A DNA stretch of 64,000 nt from Octopus vulgaris (taxonomy: Eukaryota), in assembly GCA_951406725.2 (NCBI GenBank), contig OX597828.1, positions 60,512,001 through 60,576,000 on the forward strand. The letters run 5' to 3'. Positions 1 to 13,220 of the stretch are shown one piece after another (within the stretch, counting starts at the first letter, position 1; the number at the start of each line of letters is the position of its first letter). The notes beneath the pieces are model-generated. The model made no database searches. It saw only the letters and a program-made list of their open reading frames with translations, and had not been told where the DNA came from. Position numbers and translations under genes: made by a program.

Positions 1-329
1 ATTCTAGTTTTTCACTAACATAAAAAAAAAAAAAAAAAAATCCTGAAGTGCAAAGTACCAGCTAACTAAAAGTACTACATGGTATTCCAGCAGTAGATGT
101 TTTGGGAGTACAGTTGCTTGAAGTAAACCAAAAGTAGTCTTAAAAAATATGTTCAAATGCAAGCAAGCGAACTGGTTAGATGAAAATGATGTATCTGAAA
201 CAGAAAAGTAACATCAAGCAGTTTTCAATAGATGGAGTACATGACAAGCTATCAGCTAACTCACATGCAAATGCCTTGCTAGAAAAGGAACTTCAATGTC
301 TAATGGTGTAGGACAAGAGTTAAATGAAA

Positions 330-640
330 TCAGGTTCCTGCTGAGAGAAGTGTATGATTTCCAGAAAGGTGGAAATGCACCAATGAAGAGTAAGTTAGCT
401 CGCACTTCTGCACTGAGATAGATGATATCATAAAGGGCTAGCAAGTACACTTTAGGCTGGTATTAAGGGGCCCTCAACAATTTCTTGTGAAGAGCTAGAC
501 TGTCTACCACAAATTCTGAAAGATTTCAAGAAGGCTTTCAATAATGCAGAGAGGAGAGGGATTATGAACTTGCTCAAAAGATCTGGTTATCTGGATAAAT
601 ACATGGAAATAGTCAACCAATTTAAGATAGAATGTCCATG
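330..640 (+). pseudogene. Highly decayed LINE (RTE-like) reverse transcriptase fragment
   Basis: A + strand translation, LKDFKKAFNNAERRGIMNLLKRSGYLDKYMEIVNQF, resembles the LINE RT motif (F.D..KAFD.V.R..LW..L...G.P...I). It is broken by stops. Confidence 0.3.
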
Positions 641-722
641 ATCTCTTTTTGAGGCAAAAGCTTGGATACTTTTCCAGTTGTCCATAGTGCAAAACAGGTT
701 TATGTACTCATTCCAATACTAC

Positions 723-749
723 CTGTGTTAGATCAGTTTCTCTTCTATA
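723..749 (-). CDS. Candidate 27-nt microexon (YRRETDLTQ) of the divergent unknown gene
   Basis: - strand: ...atttaaatcttacag|TATAGAAGAGAAACTGATCTAACACAG|gtagta. Phase 0 and open in frame after the exon ending at 3887. Confidence 0.3.
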
Positions 750-814
750 CTGTAAGATTTAAATAAAAGTTCATCTCAGTTACACTACTTATTTCAACAT
801 TATTATTAGATTGT

Positions 815-3510
815 ATCATCATCATCATCGTTTAACGTCCGTTTTCCGCGCTAGCACGGGTGGGACGGTTCAACCGGGGTCTGGGAAGCCAGGGTCTGCA
901 CCAGGCTCCAGTCTGATCTGGCAGAGTTTCTACAGCTAGATGCCCTTTCGGATGGTGCTTTTTATGTGCCACCAGCACTGGAGCCAGTCGAGGTGGCGCT
1001 GGCATCGACCACGTTCGGATGGTGCTTTTTAAGTGCCACCGGCACAGAAGCCAGTCGAGGCGGCGCTGGCATTGGCCACGTTCGGATGGTGTTTTTTATG
1101 TGCCACCGGCACTGGAGCCAGTCGAGGCGGGGCTGGCATCGGCCATGTTTGGATGGTGCTTTTTATGTGCCACCGGCACAGGTATCACAACTACTATTTC
1201 CATTGATATTTATTTCGATGTTCATGTACTTGACTCAACAGGTCTCCTCAAGCACAGCGGGATGTTCTGGAATCCAAGGTACTTTGAATGGGCAGGGGCT
1301 ATGCGGAACTGGTGCAGGAAGCAGCCCGGGTCTTTGCATATCTCCAGAGATCTCGGTCCTTCGCCATTGCCTCAGTGAGGCCCAACGCTCTGAGGTCATG
1401 CTTGACTACCTCATCCCATGTCTACCTGGGTCTACCTCTCCCCCTGATACCTTCAACTGTTTGGGAGTGGCACTTCTTCACACATCTCTCCTCATCCATC
1501 CGCAGTACATGACCATACCATTGCAAGCATCGCTGTTGCACACCACATCTGATGCTTCTTATGTCCAGCATTTCTCTTAGGGTGCTTACCCTGTCATGCG
1601 CGCACACTGACATTACATATCCAGCGGATCATGCTAGCTTCATTCCTTTCAAGTCTACGCATGTCCTCTGCAGTCACAGCCCATGTTTCACTACCGTGAA
1701 GCATGGCAGTTCGCACATATGCATCATACAATCTATCTTTCACTTTGAGTGAGAGACCCTTTGTCGCCAGTAGGGGTAGGAGCTTTCTGAACATTGCCCA
1801 GGCTATTCGTATTCTAGTGGTGACACTCTCTGAGCATCCACCTCCACTACTAACTTGGTCACCCAGGTGGCGGAAACTATCAACTACTTCTAGTTTCTCC
1901 CCCTGGAGTGTGATGGAATCTGTTTTCTGAGTATCTGTGGTGTCTATTGTCCCTGTGCATCTGCCGCACATGAAAGCTATCTTATCAGTTAATTTCCCTT
2001 TGATGTTGCTGCACCTCTTATACATCCATAGCTTACACTGGGTGCATCTTATGGAGTTTCTACCTACACCTTTCCTACAGATCGAGCAGGGCCACCTGCC
2101 TGAGGGTGTGTGTGCTGAGTTCGCCTTTCTGCTTACTATAACTTTGGTCTTTGCTACATTTACTCTAAGGCCCTTTGATTCTAACCCTTGCTTCCACACC
2201 CGAAATTTCTTTTCTAGTTCTGGTAGTGATTCTGCTATGAGAGCCAGGTCATCAGCATAGAGGAGCTCCCAGGGGCATCCTGTTTTGAATTCCTCTGTTA
2301 TTGCCTGGAGGACTATGACGAATAAAAGGGGACTGAGGGCTGAGCCTTGGTGTACACCTACTTCTACCCGGAATTCTTCACTATATTTGTTGCCAATCCT
2401 AACCTTGCTGACAGCCTCTCTGTATAGGGCCTGTACAGCCCTTATTAGCCATTCGTCAATCTCCAGTTTCCGCATCGACCACTAGATAAGGGATCGGGGG
2501 ACCCTGTCAAAGGCTTTCTCCAAGTCCACAAAAGCTATGTAGAAGGGTTTATCTTTAGCTAGGTACTTCTCCTGCAGTTGTCGGACCAGGAATATAGCAT
2601 CAGTGGTGCTTCTACCTTGCACAAAACCGAACTGCATCTCATCTAAGCAAAGTCTCTCCCTAATGAGATGACCTTCATCACATGATCCAACAGTTTAATA
2701 TCCCTGTAGTTATTTCTATCTAGAGCATCACCCTTACCCTTGTAGCAGTTGACTATGGTGCTGCTATGCCAGTCATTGGGTATGACTCCATTATGAACTA
2801 CCTGGTTTACAATGCAGGTGACTAGGCCATAGCCCACATAGCCAGCTGTTTTAAGCATCTCAGCAGTGATTCCTGATGGGCTGGGGGCTTTACCTGGTTT
2901 CATATCCTTAATTGCCTTAACTACAAGGGAGCTGTCTATTCGGATAGCTGGTCCCTCTACTGGGTCAACATTTGGCAGGCTCTCCTCCTCCCATTCATTC
3001 TCCACATTCAGCAGTCTTTCATAATGGCTTCTCCAAGCCTCTTTCTTTTCACCAACATTAAAAGCAAGTACCCCATCATCCATGCGGACACATTTCTCTC
3101 CTGTAACATCACACTTCTTCTTTTCTGCTACATCTTTGGCTATGTATACCTGCCACCCAGCCTCCCTTTTGGCTACCTGGTACAGTTCCCTGCTACCCCC
3201 ATCCCTCCAGGCTTTCCAGGCCTGTTTCTTTGCACTAATAGCTTTGTCTACTGCACTATTCCACCACCATGTAGCTCTAGGTCTGGAAGGGACTTTGCAC
3301 CATCCGCAGACTTGGTCTGTGGCACTCAGCAAGCTGTCCCGTAGGAATTCCCAGCTACCTTCTATGTCCGACGTCTGAAGCTCCTCCTCCCTCTCATCAA
3401 ATTTCTTGATGAGGATGTCCCTAAATCTCTGACCATGTGAAGGGTTCTTTAGCTTCCAAATCCTTCTTTTCGGGATTGGTTTGTTTCTTGGAGTCCTTCT
3501 GGCCTCGCTA
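815..3510 (-). mobile_element. RTE-clade non-LTR retrotransposon, 5'-truncated, frameshifted
   Basis: ORFs 2643..3677 and 1594..2475 give RT motifs (GVHQGSALSP, LLYADD). C-terminus RLQWYGHV...GRGRPR, 3' UTR, and (ATG)n tail at 815-829. Confidence 0.95.
949..1180. repeat. 67-bp tandem repeat (~3.5 units) in the RTE 3' UTR
   Basis: Units start at 949, 1016, 1083 and 1150 (cggatggtgctttttatgtgccaccggcac...). Confidence 0.9.
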
Positions 3511-3886
3511 ATTATAATTCCAATATATGATTGTACTGGATGAGTTGCTGTTTTTTCAAGAGTATTCTTTTTACTTTTCATTTCTATATGTACTATGTAC
3601 AGGAATAAATCAGTGTGTGTGTAGATAAGAACATCTGTGTTGTACATGTGAATAACGTTAAAGAAGAGAACAACCACTGAATGTAGTTATACTCAAGAAA
3701 AATGTACACATTTCTCTTCACCTATAACTAAAAATCAACACATACCTTGCTAAGAAATTACATATTAAAATAATTATTAAACATAATTGCTATGAAACAG
3801 ACAAGAAAAGAAAGATATGGTCCTGGTTATCATATAAAACTTAACTTTAAAGATACTATGATAAGATCAAATTTAATCATTCTGAC

Positions 3887-4300
3887 CTTCTCATGTAACT
3901 GTGGCAACCCTTTTTCAGGACAGCTCTCATCATAGTTTACAGCTTGATTCATCAATTGCTGGTTGGCCTTCTTCTTCCTGTAGACAGTTGGTTCACTTCT
4001 TGATAATGGAGGTGGGGAACAGCTGAAAGAAGGGTCTGCAAAAGTCTTGTAGAAGTTTTTGCCAAGAGATCGAATTGGGCGATTGTCATATGCCTCATAT
4101 TTGGATTCTGTCATTGGCCTTTGTATGACAGAAGAATACAGTTTACTACAAGATGTAATTCTGCCATCATCATTGCTTACTGAGTTATTTGGATTTTCAG
4201 TGGTGGTTGGTGAAAAGAGAGGGGTGTAAAATATTGCAGGTTTAATCAAAGAAGCATCCTCATTAAGCTCACTTAGATAAATGGGTATATCATTAGCCAT
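3887..4300 (-). CDS. First coding exon of an unidentified host gene (MANDIPIYLSELNEDASLIKP...CPEKGLPQLHEK)
   Basis: Non-repetitive ORF with 138 codons up to the donor. Acceptor tttcttttttatag| at 4318 with exon start 4317, in-frame TGA two codons before the ATG, donor AAG|gtcaga at 3886. Function not recognised. Confidence 0.65.
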
Positions 4301-5099
4301 ATTTCAGTAGATGTTATCTATAAAAAAGAAATAATTATTTTCAGCTGAGTACAGTAAATACCGATAGATTCAATAGACAGTAAGGAAATATATACAGCAG
4401 ATCTTTAAACTGTTACAACTTTTGCTACTGCAAGTTCTTTGGTGACTTTTAGCATTACAGCCAAATATTTTGCTCTACAGCTTTTTGTCAATTCTCTCTT
4501 ATACGCAGTTTCAAAACATACTTAATTGCTTGGCATAATAAACTTCTTTAGAAGAATTTTCTTACTTGCACTTCTTTCACTTTCAGCATTGAGTGCATTT
4601 ATATACATATCATGAACTTTTCCCATTTTCACACTTTTGGACTCACTTTCTGACTTCACATCAGAAGGCTGCATTAAAGACTCACACTTAAACTGTTCTA
4701 TACAATATATTTTGAAATTTCAATAACCTTTGTTTGTTACACACAATTTACTGTCGTTGCTTTTTTTTATGTGCTTTCTTGATTTTTGCTGTTAGAGATA
4801 ACAGCAATTTTCTAAAGGCTTCATCTCGAACTGTTATTAACATTTTCAACCATCAATATGAACTTTTGGCTGTGTTTTCACATTTACTGTATTGTTCATT
4901 TTTATTGGACACTTTTTACTCGTTTTCTTTCCTTTTTGCAAGTACATTTTTGTTAACATTTGTTGTATATGTTTCTCTTGGCTATATTTTTTTTTTCTGG
5001 TTTTCGATTATCACTCTCATGGTTGATTCTCTGGTGAGAGGGTAGATGTAGCAGAAGCATGATTACTCTTGAACTTTAGCTACCTACATTTTGGCTTTA

Positions 5100-7250
5100 T
5101 ACTTTTAGCTACCCATTTTGGTTCACCACGTGACAATCAGGTTCATTTAACTTTATTTGGATCGTCCACGCCTTAATGTGATGGACTAGCCTAGTGTCTG
5201 TACATCAGCTATAAAATGGGAGTATTTTGGTCTGTTAAACTAAAGAAGGTGAGTTTTGATATGAGCAGCCTGTGAAAACAATTTGATTTTACTTTGCAAT
5301 TTTCAGCTTGAACAGAATTCAAACCAAAATTCTTGACAATACCATTAGTATTAAAATGTTTATTAATAATCATAGAAATAGATTTTACTAAATTATTTTT
5401 AATTTGCATAGCAAAAGAGATTATCAGCCAAATTTTATTATTGGATTTTTCTGTGCTATAATCAATTATAGGTGTATTACCTATCACTTATATTTATTAT
5501 TCTTATACTTATTTCTATTATCTAGTGTGGTATATGTTATTTTTTTTTTATTATGATTATTATGCTTAATATTTTTAGTATTAGTTGTATTTAACAAATT
5601 GTAATGATTATCATTATTGTTTTTATTATTTGCTATATGTTTATATATGTTTTCATTATAGTTTGTAACTATAGTTAGCCCTTGTGGCCAATAAACGAAT
5701 TAATTATAGGTTGTAACTATATTATTATTATTTGTAGTTTTTTCCTGATTATTATTGTTAATAGAAACTATACTAATGTGAAAGAAATAAACATTATTCT
5801 TACTGCCCTTAGATCTATTATTGAAATTGATAATAAACTATGGGCCAGAAAAGATACCCCCAATTGTTTCCCTATTACTATAGCCATGCCAGACACAGCC
5901 AATTAACCAACTTAGTAGGAATTTACTTAGTAGGAATCTACATGAAGAATTCCTAGAAATTGGAGATGGATTGTATAGAGATTATGTGCTTTTTATTGTA
6001 AAAATTTTTTCTAATAGACGTCTTGAATTAATTATAAGGCAAATATATAAATTCTTTAAAAGATTTGGCCTCTCCATTACCATTGAGAGAGAAAACAACT
6101 CTATTAACTTCTTGGATGCTGATTGTAATTTATCAACTGGTTTTCATGAACCTTTCAAAAAACCTGATTTTAACTTAAAATACATACACTCCCAAAGTAA
6201 TCATCCAGGATCAATTAAAAATGCACTTATTCACAATATTAGTAAAATATCTTATCTATCTTTTAATGAGGATATATTTAATAAACATATGAACCAATAT
6301 GATATTGTTTTATGTAAGGCGGGTTATAAAGATAAAATAAAATGTTATATACCAAATAGTAATAATAGTAATAACAACAATAACAAATAAATATAATTTA
6401 AATTTAAAAACTAAGTATTTACACTATTGCAAGTGTAAATACTTATTTTTTAAACATGGTAAAAATTAAACATAAATGGGAACCTTTAAGAAGGGTTCAC
6501 AAACCATAATGTAGTTAATTTAACTTGTTGAATTGACCCATATTTAAGCCCTTATTATTACTTTTATTACCATATATTTATTCCCTTTAATTCTTATTTA
6601 TGTTAAATACCATATCTCCATACCTGAGCCACTTAACATATTTACATCTAGTATATCACCAAGCAAACGCTGCACATCTGAAACCTTTAAATTAAATTTC
6701 ATCCAATAGTTCTTTATCTTTATTAGTCTAGCTCAATAATAAATTTTTAAGGGGTGAAAAGTAATAATTTATAATTCTTTATTTATTCATTTTTCTCTCT
6801 CGATCTATTTTCACTCTTTACTCTGCCAATTTTGGTTTATTTATTTTACTTTATTCTTGTTTTTATTTTATAATCTTTATGTATCCTAACATTAAGTTAA
6901 TATTCTTATTGGTCTTCTAACCCTTTCGATATTTATAAGTAATAGATTGCATGGAATGTCCTCAACCTTAGTTAAATATTAATAACTATATACACTTGAA
7001 TTAAATTCTACGTACTAATTTTCTATTGATTTTATAAGGATAGACATAATATCACAATATGACATTTTCACCAATTATATTTACTTGAGCCTTCTTATAT
7101 ATAACATTCCAGATGAATATATTGTTATATTCTTACTTTACAACTCCAGTATACACAACCTTACAGGTTTGGAATTGAAACAGTTGTAAGGGGTGTTTGT
7201 CAATTTTTTAATCAATAAATAATAATTTATTAATTACCTCTCTAAAAAAG
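5100..7250 (+). mobile_element. Degenerate Penelope-like element (RT C-terminal/thumb fragment and 3' end)
   Basis: GLYRD..., GLSITIE, NFLD, YIHSQSNHP motifs at ~5960-6390 are typical of PLE RT. Decayed hammerhead-like motif at 7107-7192. Boundaries approximate. Confidence 0.7.
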
Positions 7251-7259
7251 GCCAAATTC

Positions 7260-8350
7260 ATACATGAACCTCCTGTATGTGTGTATTTTATAGGAGAAAA
7301 ACATGTAATAATTGAAGTAGAAAAAAGATTGATTTCATTCTTGAATGTAATGGCAAATTAAGTTATTTAAGCATCCATGTTGCATTTAAGGGTGAATATT
7401 TCTTTATAAACAGTATTCTTTGTTTTATTTCGGAGTGCATAAGGAAAAAGATTTGCTTTTGCTCCCACACATGATACTCCAACATAAAGTTTTGAATCTG
7501 AACCATGGTGAGACTACCACTATAGATTTAGATATATTCCTCCTGTATGTGTGTATTTTATAAGAGAAAAACATGTAATAATTGAAGTAGAACAAAGATG
7601 GATTTCATACACAAACTCCTGTTTGTTTATTATATGACAAGAATAAATGAGTTCTATGAGTTATTTTATTTATCAATATGGTAATGGCAATTATATAATA
7701 CAGTCAATTTAAATAGGTAACTTAGTCATTCTTGAATGTAATGACAGTAATGGCAAATTAAGTCATTGAAGTATTCATGTTGCATTAAGAGTGAATATTT
7801 CTTTATAAACAATGTTTTTTTTGTTTTATTTAAGGGTGAATAAGCAATAACATTTGCTTTTGGTCTCACACATGATGCTCCTACATAAAGTTGTCCATGT
7901 GAAAAGCATGGTTCTTCAAGTTGCAACCCAGCAACTCTTAGTGCCTGAGTTTTATTAATGCTTATAGCAAAAGAAAGTGGGATAAGAAACTGTGACCACT
8001 TTCATTGGAATGGGACATTAGATGGTATAACTGGTATGCAAAGAATGAAGACGGTGTCACCTTTACCACAACCAGTGAGAATATTTGCCTCAATGCAGTT
8101 CCTCATAAGTTGGTGTACAATTAGTGTTGTGCCACTGCATAATAGCTTCCCCTGAAGCAGGAACTTTCATTTTGCCGAAGAAAGAAAGAAAACAGAATTT
8201 CAATTTTATATATATAGAAAAAGCATAATGGCTTCCCTTGAACCATTTACTTTCATTTTGCTGGACAAACAAATAAACAAACAGAATCTCTCTTATTTAA
8301 TATGAGAGATTCTGAACAAACAAATGGACAGAATCTCTCTTTTATATTAT
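7260..8350 (-). mobile_element. Non-autonomous Helitron remnant with PIF1 helicase C-terminus and a local duplication
   Basis: Translation SFAISINKTQ..RVAGLQLEEPCFSHGQLYVGASCV matches helicase motifs V/VI of the Helitron at 19.2 kb. The segment starting tcctgtatgtgtgtatttta occurs twice (~7270 and ~7541). Confidence 0.75.
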
Positions 8351-8370
8351 ATATATATATATATATATAT

Positions 8371-8772
8371 TGTTGTGTCTGGGGAGAGTCATTATCTTTT
8401 AGTGCCTTATAATTTAACACACTCACTGGTAAAGTTCCCACTCATTTACTTATTTATTTTTCCTAAAATTTTTGTTGGGTCTTACAACCCTTTTCAATAG
8501 TCATTAACTGTCCTTTATCCGAGCTGTGTTCTTTCTGTTTGTTTGTACATATGTGTGTAGGTCAGTGTGTGCATGCATACACATGTATGTATGTATGTAT
8601 GTATGTATGTATGTATGCATGTGTGCGTGCATATGTATATATATATATGTATGTATTCTGCATATACATGTGTTTGTGTTTTTATGTGTGTGTGTGCATG
8701 TCTGGGTCTGTGTGTGTGTATGGGGTTTTGTGACTATGTACTGTGTCTGTATGTATGAAGATGTATCTCCAT
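8371..8772 (-). mobile_element. Penelope-like 3' terminal fragment (same family as 63410-63930)
   Basis: Collinear reverse-complement match to 63410-63930, including the complex microsatellite and a hammerhead-like core. Ends in (TA)n. Confidence 0.75.
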
Positions 8773-11400
8773 ATCCAAAAAACTCTCTCAGTAGAAGAAA
8801 TATATTGTCAAAAGGCCTAAAATTTACCCTGACACCACAGCACCCTAACTCCAATGAAATATAGAACGATATTTCATAGTTCTCTAGAAAACTATGCCCA
8901 ACAGAGGAATTGTACGATAAAGAAAACAGGGACGAATCAATTGTAAGAAACACAAGCAATTACAAGCCCCCTATGAAAGGTAAGAATAAAGCTTTAGATA
9001 AATGTCTTGATTTTATATCTACCTTCCCTTATAATGAACTTTTACACCCTAAAATCAAGCCCAATACCAGTCGAAAGGAATGGGATATGAATTGAAAAAC
9101 AATAATGACATTATAATTAAGGAAGCTGATCAGAGAAGTGCTATAGTTATTATGGATATTGAACACTACAAAAGAGATATACTACCTATATTACAAGACA
9201 TGACCTACTATGAAAAGGTAAATAATTACAAAAAATCAAAGACAATGACTAAACTGAACACATTTATTGACAGACATCTAAACGGTTTAACAAACAAAGA
9301 ATGTGACTACCTAACTGATTTTGATTGCAAGACTAGCTACTTCTATAATCTCCCAAAAATCCATAAGAATCAAACTATTAAGAATATGTGTAAAGAACCG
9401 ACTTCAAGTTGCATAAACATACAATATCCCACTAACCTTAAGTTTAGACCAATCATAGGCCTGAACTGTGAAACACACAGACTCAGCAACTTTTTAGATA
9501 TATTACTGAAACCAATTTTAAAATACATACCAAGTCTTGTAAGGGATGACCTAGACCTGTTAAACCACCTTCCAAAATCCATAAACAATGAAATCATTAT
9601 TGTATCTTTTGATGTGGTAAATCTCTATACCACAATCCCACACCAATATGGACAATAAATTTCTGGCTTGAGAAATACCCTCATGAAATTCTAGACAGAA
9701 CTGAAAAGAGTTTCATCACTGAATGATTAAAGTTTATCCTTGAAAACAACTCTTTTGACTTTGATGGCAATATTTACGAACAAATATCTGGGACTGCGAT
9801 GGTGACAAAAATTGCTCTGACATTCCAATCTAGTCATGTCATACAGGGAGGTCCAGATATATGAACAATCTAAATTAATATATAGCTTTAGCTTTCACAA
9901 ACATCTACTAGAAAACTGGAAACGTTACTTAGATGACTGCCTAATCCTATGGATACACACAATTGAACAACTTATATATTTCAGAAATCTAATCAATAGC
10001 ATAAACAATAATATTAACTTTACCATGGAATACAGTAAAACTCAACTACCATTCCTGGATATACTAATCATCAAAAGAGATAAAAACATTGAAACAGATA
10101 TTCACCACAAACAAGCAGATTCTAAACAATACTTATTGTTCTCCTTCATGCCATCCCAAACACATGAAGAATAACATCCCCTTTAATCTAGCAAGAAGAA
10201 TCTGCACAATTGTCTCAAACCCTGAAATTTGCAATAAAATGCTCCAGGAACTAAAATAAGTACTACTTAAAAGACAATATCCATTAATGGAATAGAATGT
10301 GCCAAAGTAATAAATTTTGAAGTACGAAAGTCAAAAAGTTTGGCCACCCCAATTGTGGGATCTGCATCAACCTTATTGTAGACACAACCTACAAATTCAA
10401 ATCAGGACAGATTTTTACCATAAAAAAATCACTTTACATGTTCTTCAAGGAATTTAATAAATGCTATCAAATGTCAAGGATGTAATAAAAATTACATGGG
10501 TCAAACAAAGCTTACTCTAAGAAATAGACTGACCATTCACCAACAACAAATACAAGATCCCAGTACTTGACAGATTCCACTGAGTGGACACATAGACATA
10601 TGTTAAAAAAATAAGTCACCCAAATTCCAGGTCTTCTAACCCTACCTATGTTCAGTGAATACCACAGATGAAGCATGGATAAACAAAGAAAATACTTTCA
10701 TACAAAAGTACAAACCAAGACTTAATAAACTTTAACAGAGAACATACACAGGTAACTACTCACACACAAAACTCATTCTGCCACTTATGATGAAGAACCT
10801 ATACAGCTAACAACCTAAACTTTAGCCACTAGACTACATACGAACAATTCCTGTCCACTCTCCCACCAGACAGATTAAATTTGGAGTGACTTGATTATAA
10901 CTAAACATGTTCAGTCAACTGTGTCAGCTTTTTTTAAGGAGCAAAATATACATATTGGGAAATGTATAAAAGGTTATAAACTTAATGTTCATTCTCTACA
11001 AACACTTGACAGAAAACATTCAGAGCATTGATTGTTTGAACACGTTCAGTCAACCATGTCAGCCTTAACTTACCATGCCAAACTTTATCACTAGATACTA
11101 ACACATGGACATAACAGGGAAAACATACAAAAATTTCTAAGACCAGTCATGTGACTATCCTCTATAAATCAAATCCTTTTCAAAACATACTAATTTGAGC
11201 CATGAACTCCCTATGAAAATAGGGCAAGCATCAAACACAAGTCAGAAGAAAGGCAGCTGTGACATAAGCCATGTCTTTCTATTTGAACATTTTGAAAGTT
11301 GAGTGTAAACTGTGAAATCGGTTAAAGCTTTAAATATATTAATAAAAAATATTTTAACTATTCTCAGTGCATTTTCAACTTGTATTTTTCCTACACACAC
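8773..11400 (+). mobile_element. Penelope-like retroelement (RT + C-terminal GIY-YIG, Neptune-like), disrupted
   Basis: Motifs LSKGLKFT.TP, IIIKEADQRSAIVIMD, FYNLPKIHK, SFDVVNLYTTIP, WKRYLDD, LPFLD, and the GIY-YIG remnant NLINAIKCQGCNKNYMGQT at ~10450-10510. Several stops and frameshifts. Confidence 0.9.
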
Positions 11401-11544
11401 ACACATGTATAAGGTTGTGGTTTTCGTGGACATGAAACCTTTGGTAGCTCCATGATCAGAATTAACTTTTAGCTTTAATAATAATATATATATACATATA
11501 TATATATATTTATGTAATATATTGCTGCATGCAATCAAGCCCTA

Positions 11545-13220
11545 TGCACAGCACTTGTGGAAACTCATCTTAGGCCTGATATAGAGGATGCATGTACCAA
11601 CATATACCATATTGCAAATGGACAGAAGGGAAAGGGGCCATGGTGGAGTTGCTGTATACATCCATGAAGACTTCATGCCCCAAGTCCTACAGTCATATTC
11701 AAATTCAGTATGAGACACTGAAGTTGTATACATAAGACAATACAATATACTCATATGCAATAGATATCACCCACCAGATGCTCTAAGCCACACAATCAAA
11801 TTTGAAGATTGCCTAACAAAAATAAGAGCCCCCCATGAAACTGGAAAATTATGTCTTTCTTATGGGTGATTTCAACTTACCCAGAATTAGATGGTCTGAG
11901 GGCCTCATGCTCTCAGGAATGACGCATTGTAAACAAGTAGAAGTGGAGTCCCTGCTCAATCTCATTAATGCCCTATTCATGGAGCAAATTGTGCTCCGAC
12001 CAACCAAAGCAAATAAGATACTGGATCTCTGTTTCACAAACAATATGGACATTGTTCATGATGTGAAAGTGATGCTGACATTAGTTTCGAATCACAACAT
12101 AATAGAGCTGTCTATATATCGACCAAAAGTAGCCAGAGACATACAACCTAAAGGAAGCACTCAAAATCTCTCCAATCTGAGCTTCCACAAAGCAGACTGG
12201 AAATCGATCCAAAAAGAGATCCTCAGACAGGACTGGCTGAAATATCTCTCCACACCAGACATTGGCATGAAACTAGAATATTTCATGTCTGTTATACAAA
12301 CCGTATGCCAGAAATATGTCTCAAAGCACAAAGCCAACAGAAAAAGGAACAAGATTCCAAAGGAGGGGAAGATCCTCATGAGATGACAGATGAAGGTTGC
12401 AAATTGCCTCAACCAACATCCCCAAAGTAGTGAAAGGTCCTGACTAAAAACAATACTGATGGTGATTGAAAAACGCCTGCAACAATCCTATGTGAGGGAG
12501 AGAGAAGACAAAGAAGCCTGGGTTATAAAAAACATTAAATCAAACCTAAAGGCCTTCTTTCATTATGCAAAAGAAACTGCCTCAGTACACTGCAAGATAG
12601 GACCCCTCACAGACAGTGAGGTAGTAAATGACCAGTTGAAAAGTGTCTTTACCACCCCATTGGAACACAGACAAGTGAACGAACAAGTGGATTTCTTTGC
12701 CACCTCACCGATAACCAGCAAGGCAGTTGTGATGGAATACATCGACATCAGCAAAGAAGATATACTACTAGCCATAGATGAGGTGGACATAAACTCAACT
12801 GCTGGTCCTGATGGTTTCCCAGCAATCCTCCTCAAATCGTGCCCTGGCAAAACCCCTCCAGATTCTCTTCCAGAGCTTTCTTGCAAATGGCAGGCTGCCA
12901 AGCAAGCTGAAGGAGGGAATAATATGCCTAATCCATAAAGGGGAAAGCAGAGCAGATGCCAAAAACTATAGGCCTATCTCTGTGACTTCACACATCAGCA
13001 AAGTTATGAAACAGGGAAGCTAATTGCATTCCTTGAAGAAAATAACCTGCTGAGTGATACCCAGCATGGCTATCGACCAGGTAGGAGCTGCCTGACCCAG
13101 CTCTTACAACATTATGACTGGGTGTTGAGGCAGTTACTCAACAACTCAAATGTGGACATAATATACCTTGATTTTGCAAAAGCATTTGATAAAGTGGATC
13201 ATGGTATATGCTACAAACTG
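11545..13220 (+). mobile_element. CR1-group LINE fragment (APE endonuclease + RT N-terminal part)
   Basis: Motifs MGDFNLP, LDLCFTN, SNHNII, NYRPISVTS, YLDFAKAFDKVDH. Homologous to 27330-28520 and 57595-61490. Confidence 0.9.

Noticed and set aside
256-692. - strand ORFs as further exons of the divergent gene (or Sec read-through)
   Set aside because: Multiple stops, no SECIS evidence, and the + strand looks like decayed LINE RT.
949-1180. Regularly spaced repeats as a CRISPR-like array
   Set aside because: The 'spacers' are copies of each other, there are no cas genes, and the array is part of a eukaryotic RTE 3' UTR.
3511-3677. N-terminal extension of ORF 2643..3677
   Set aside because: It runs past the truncated RTE 5' end into AT-rich intron.
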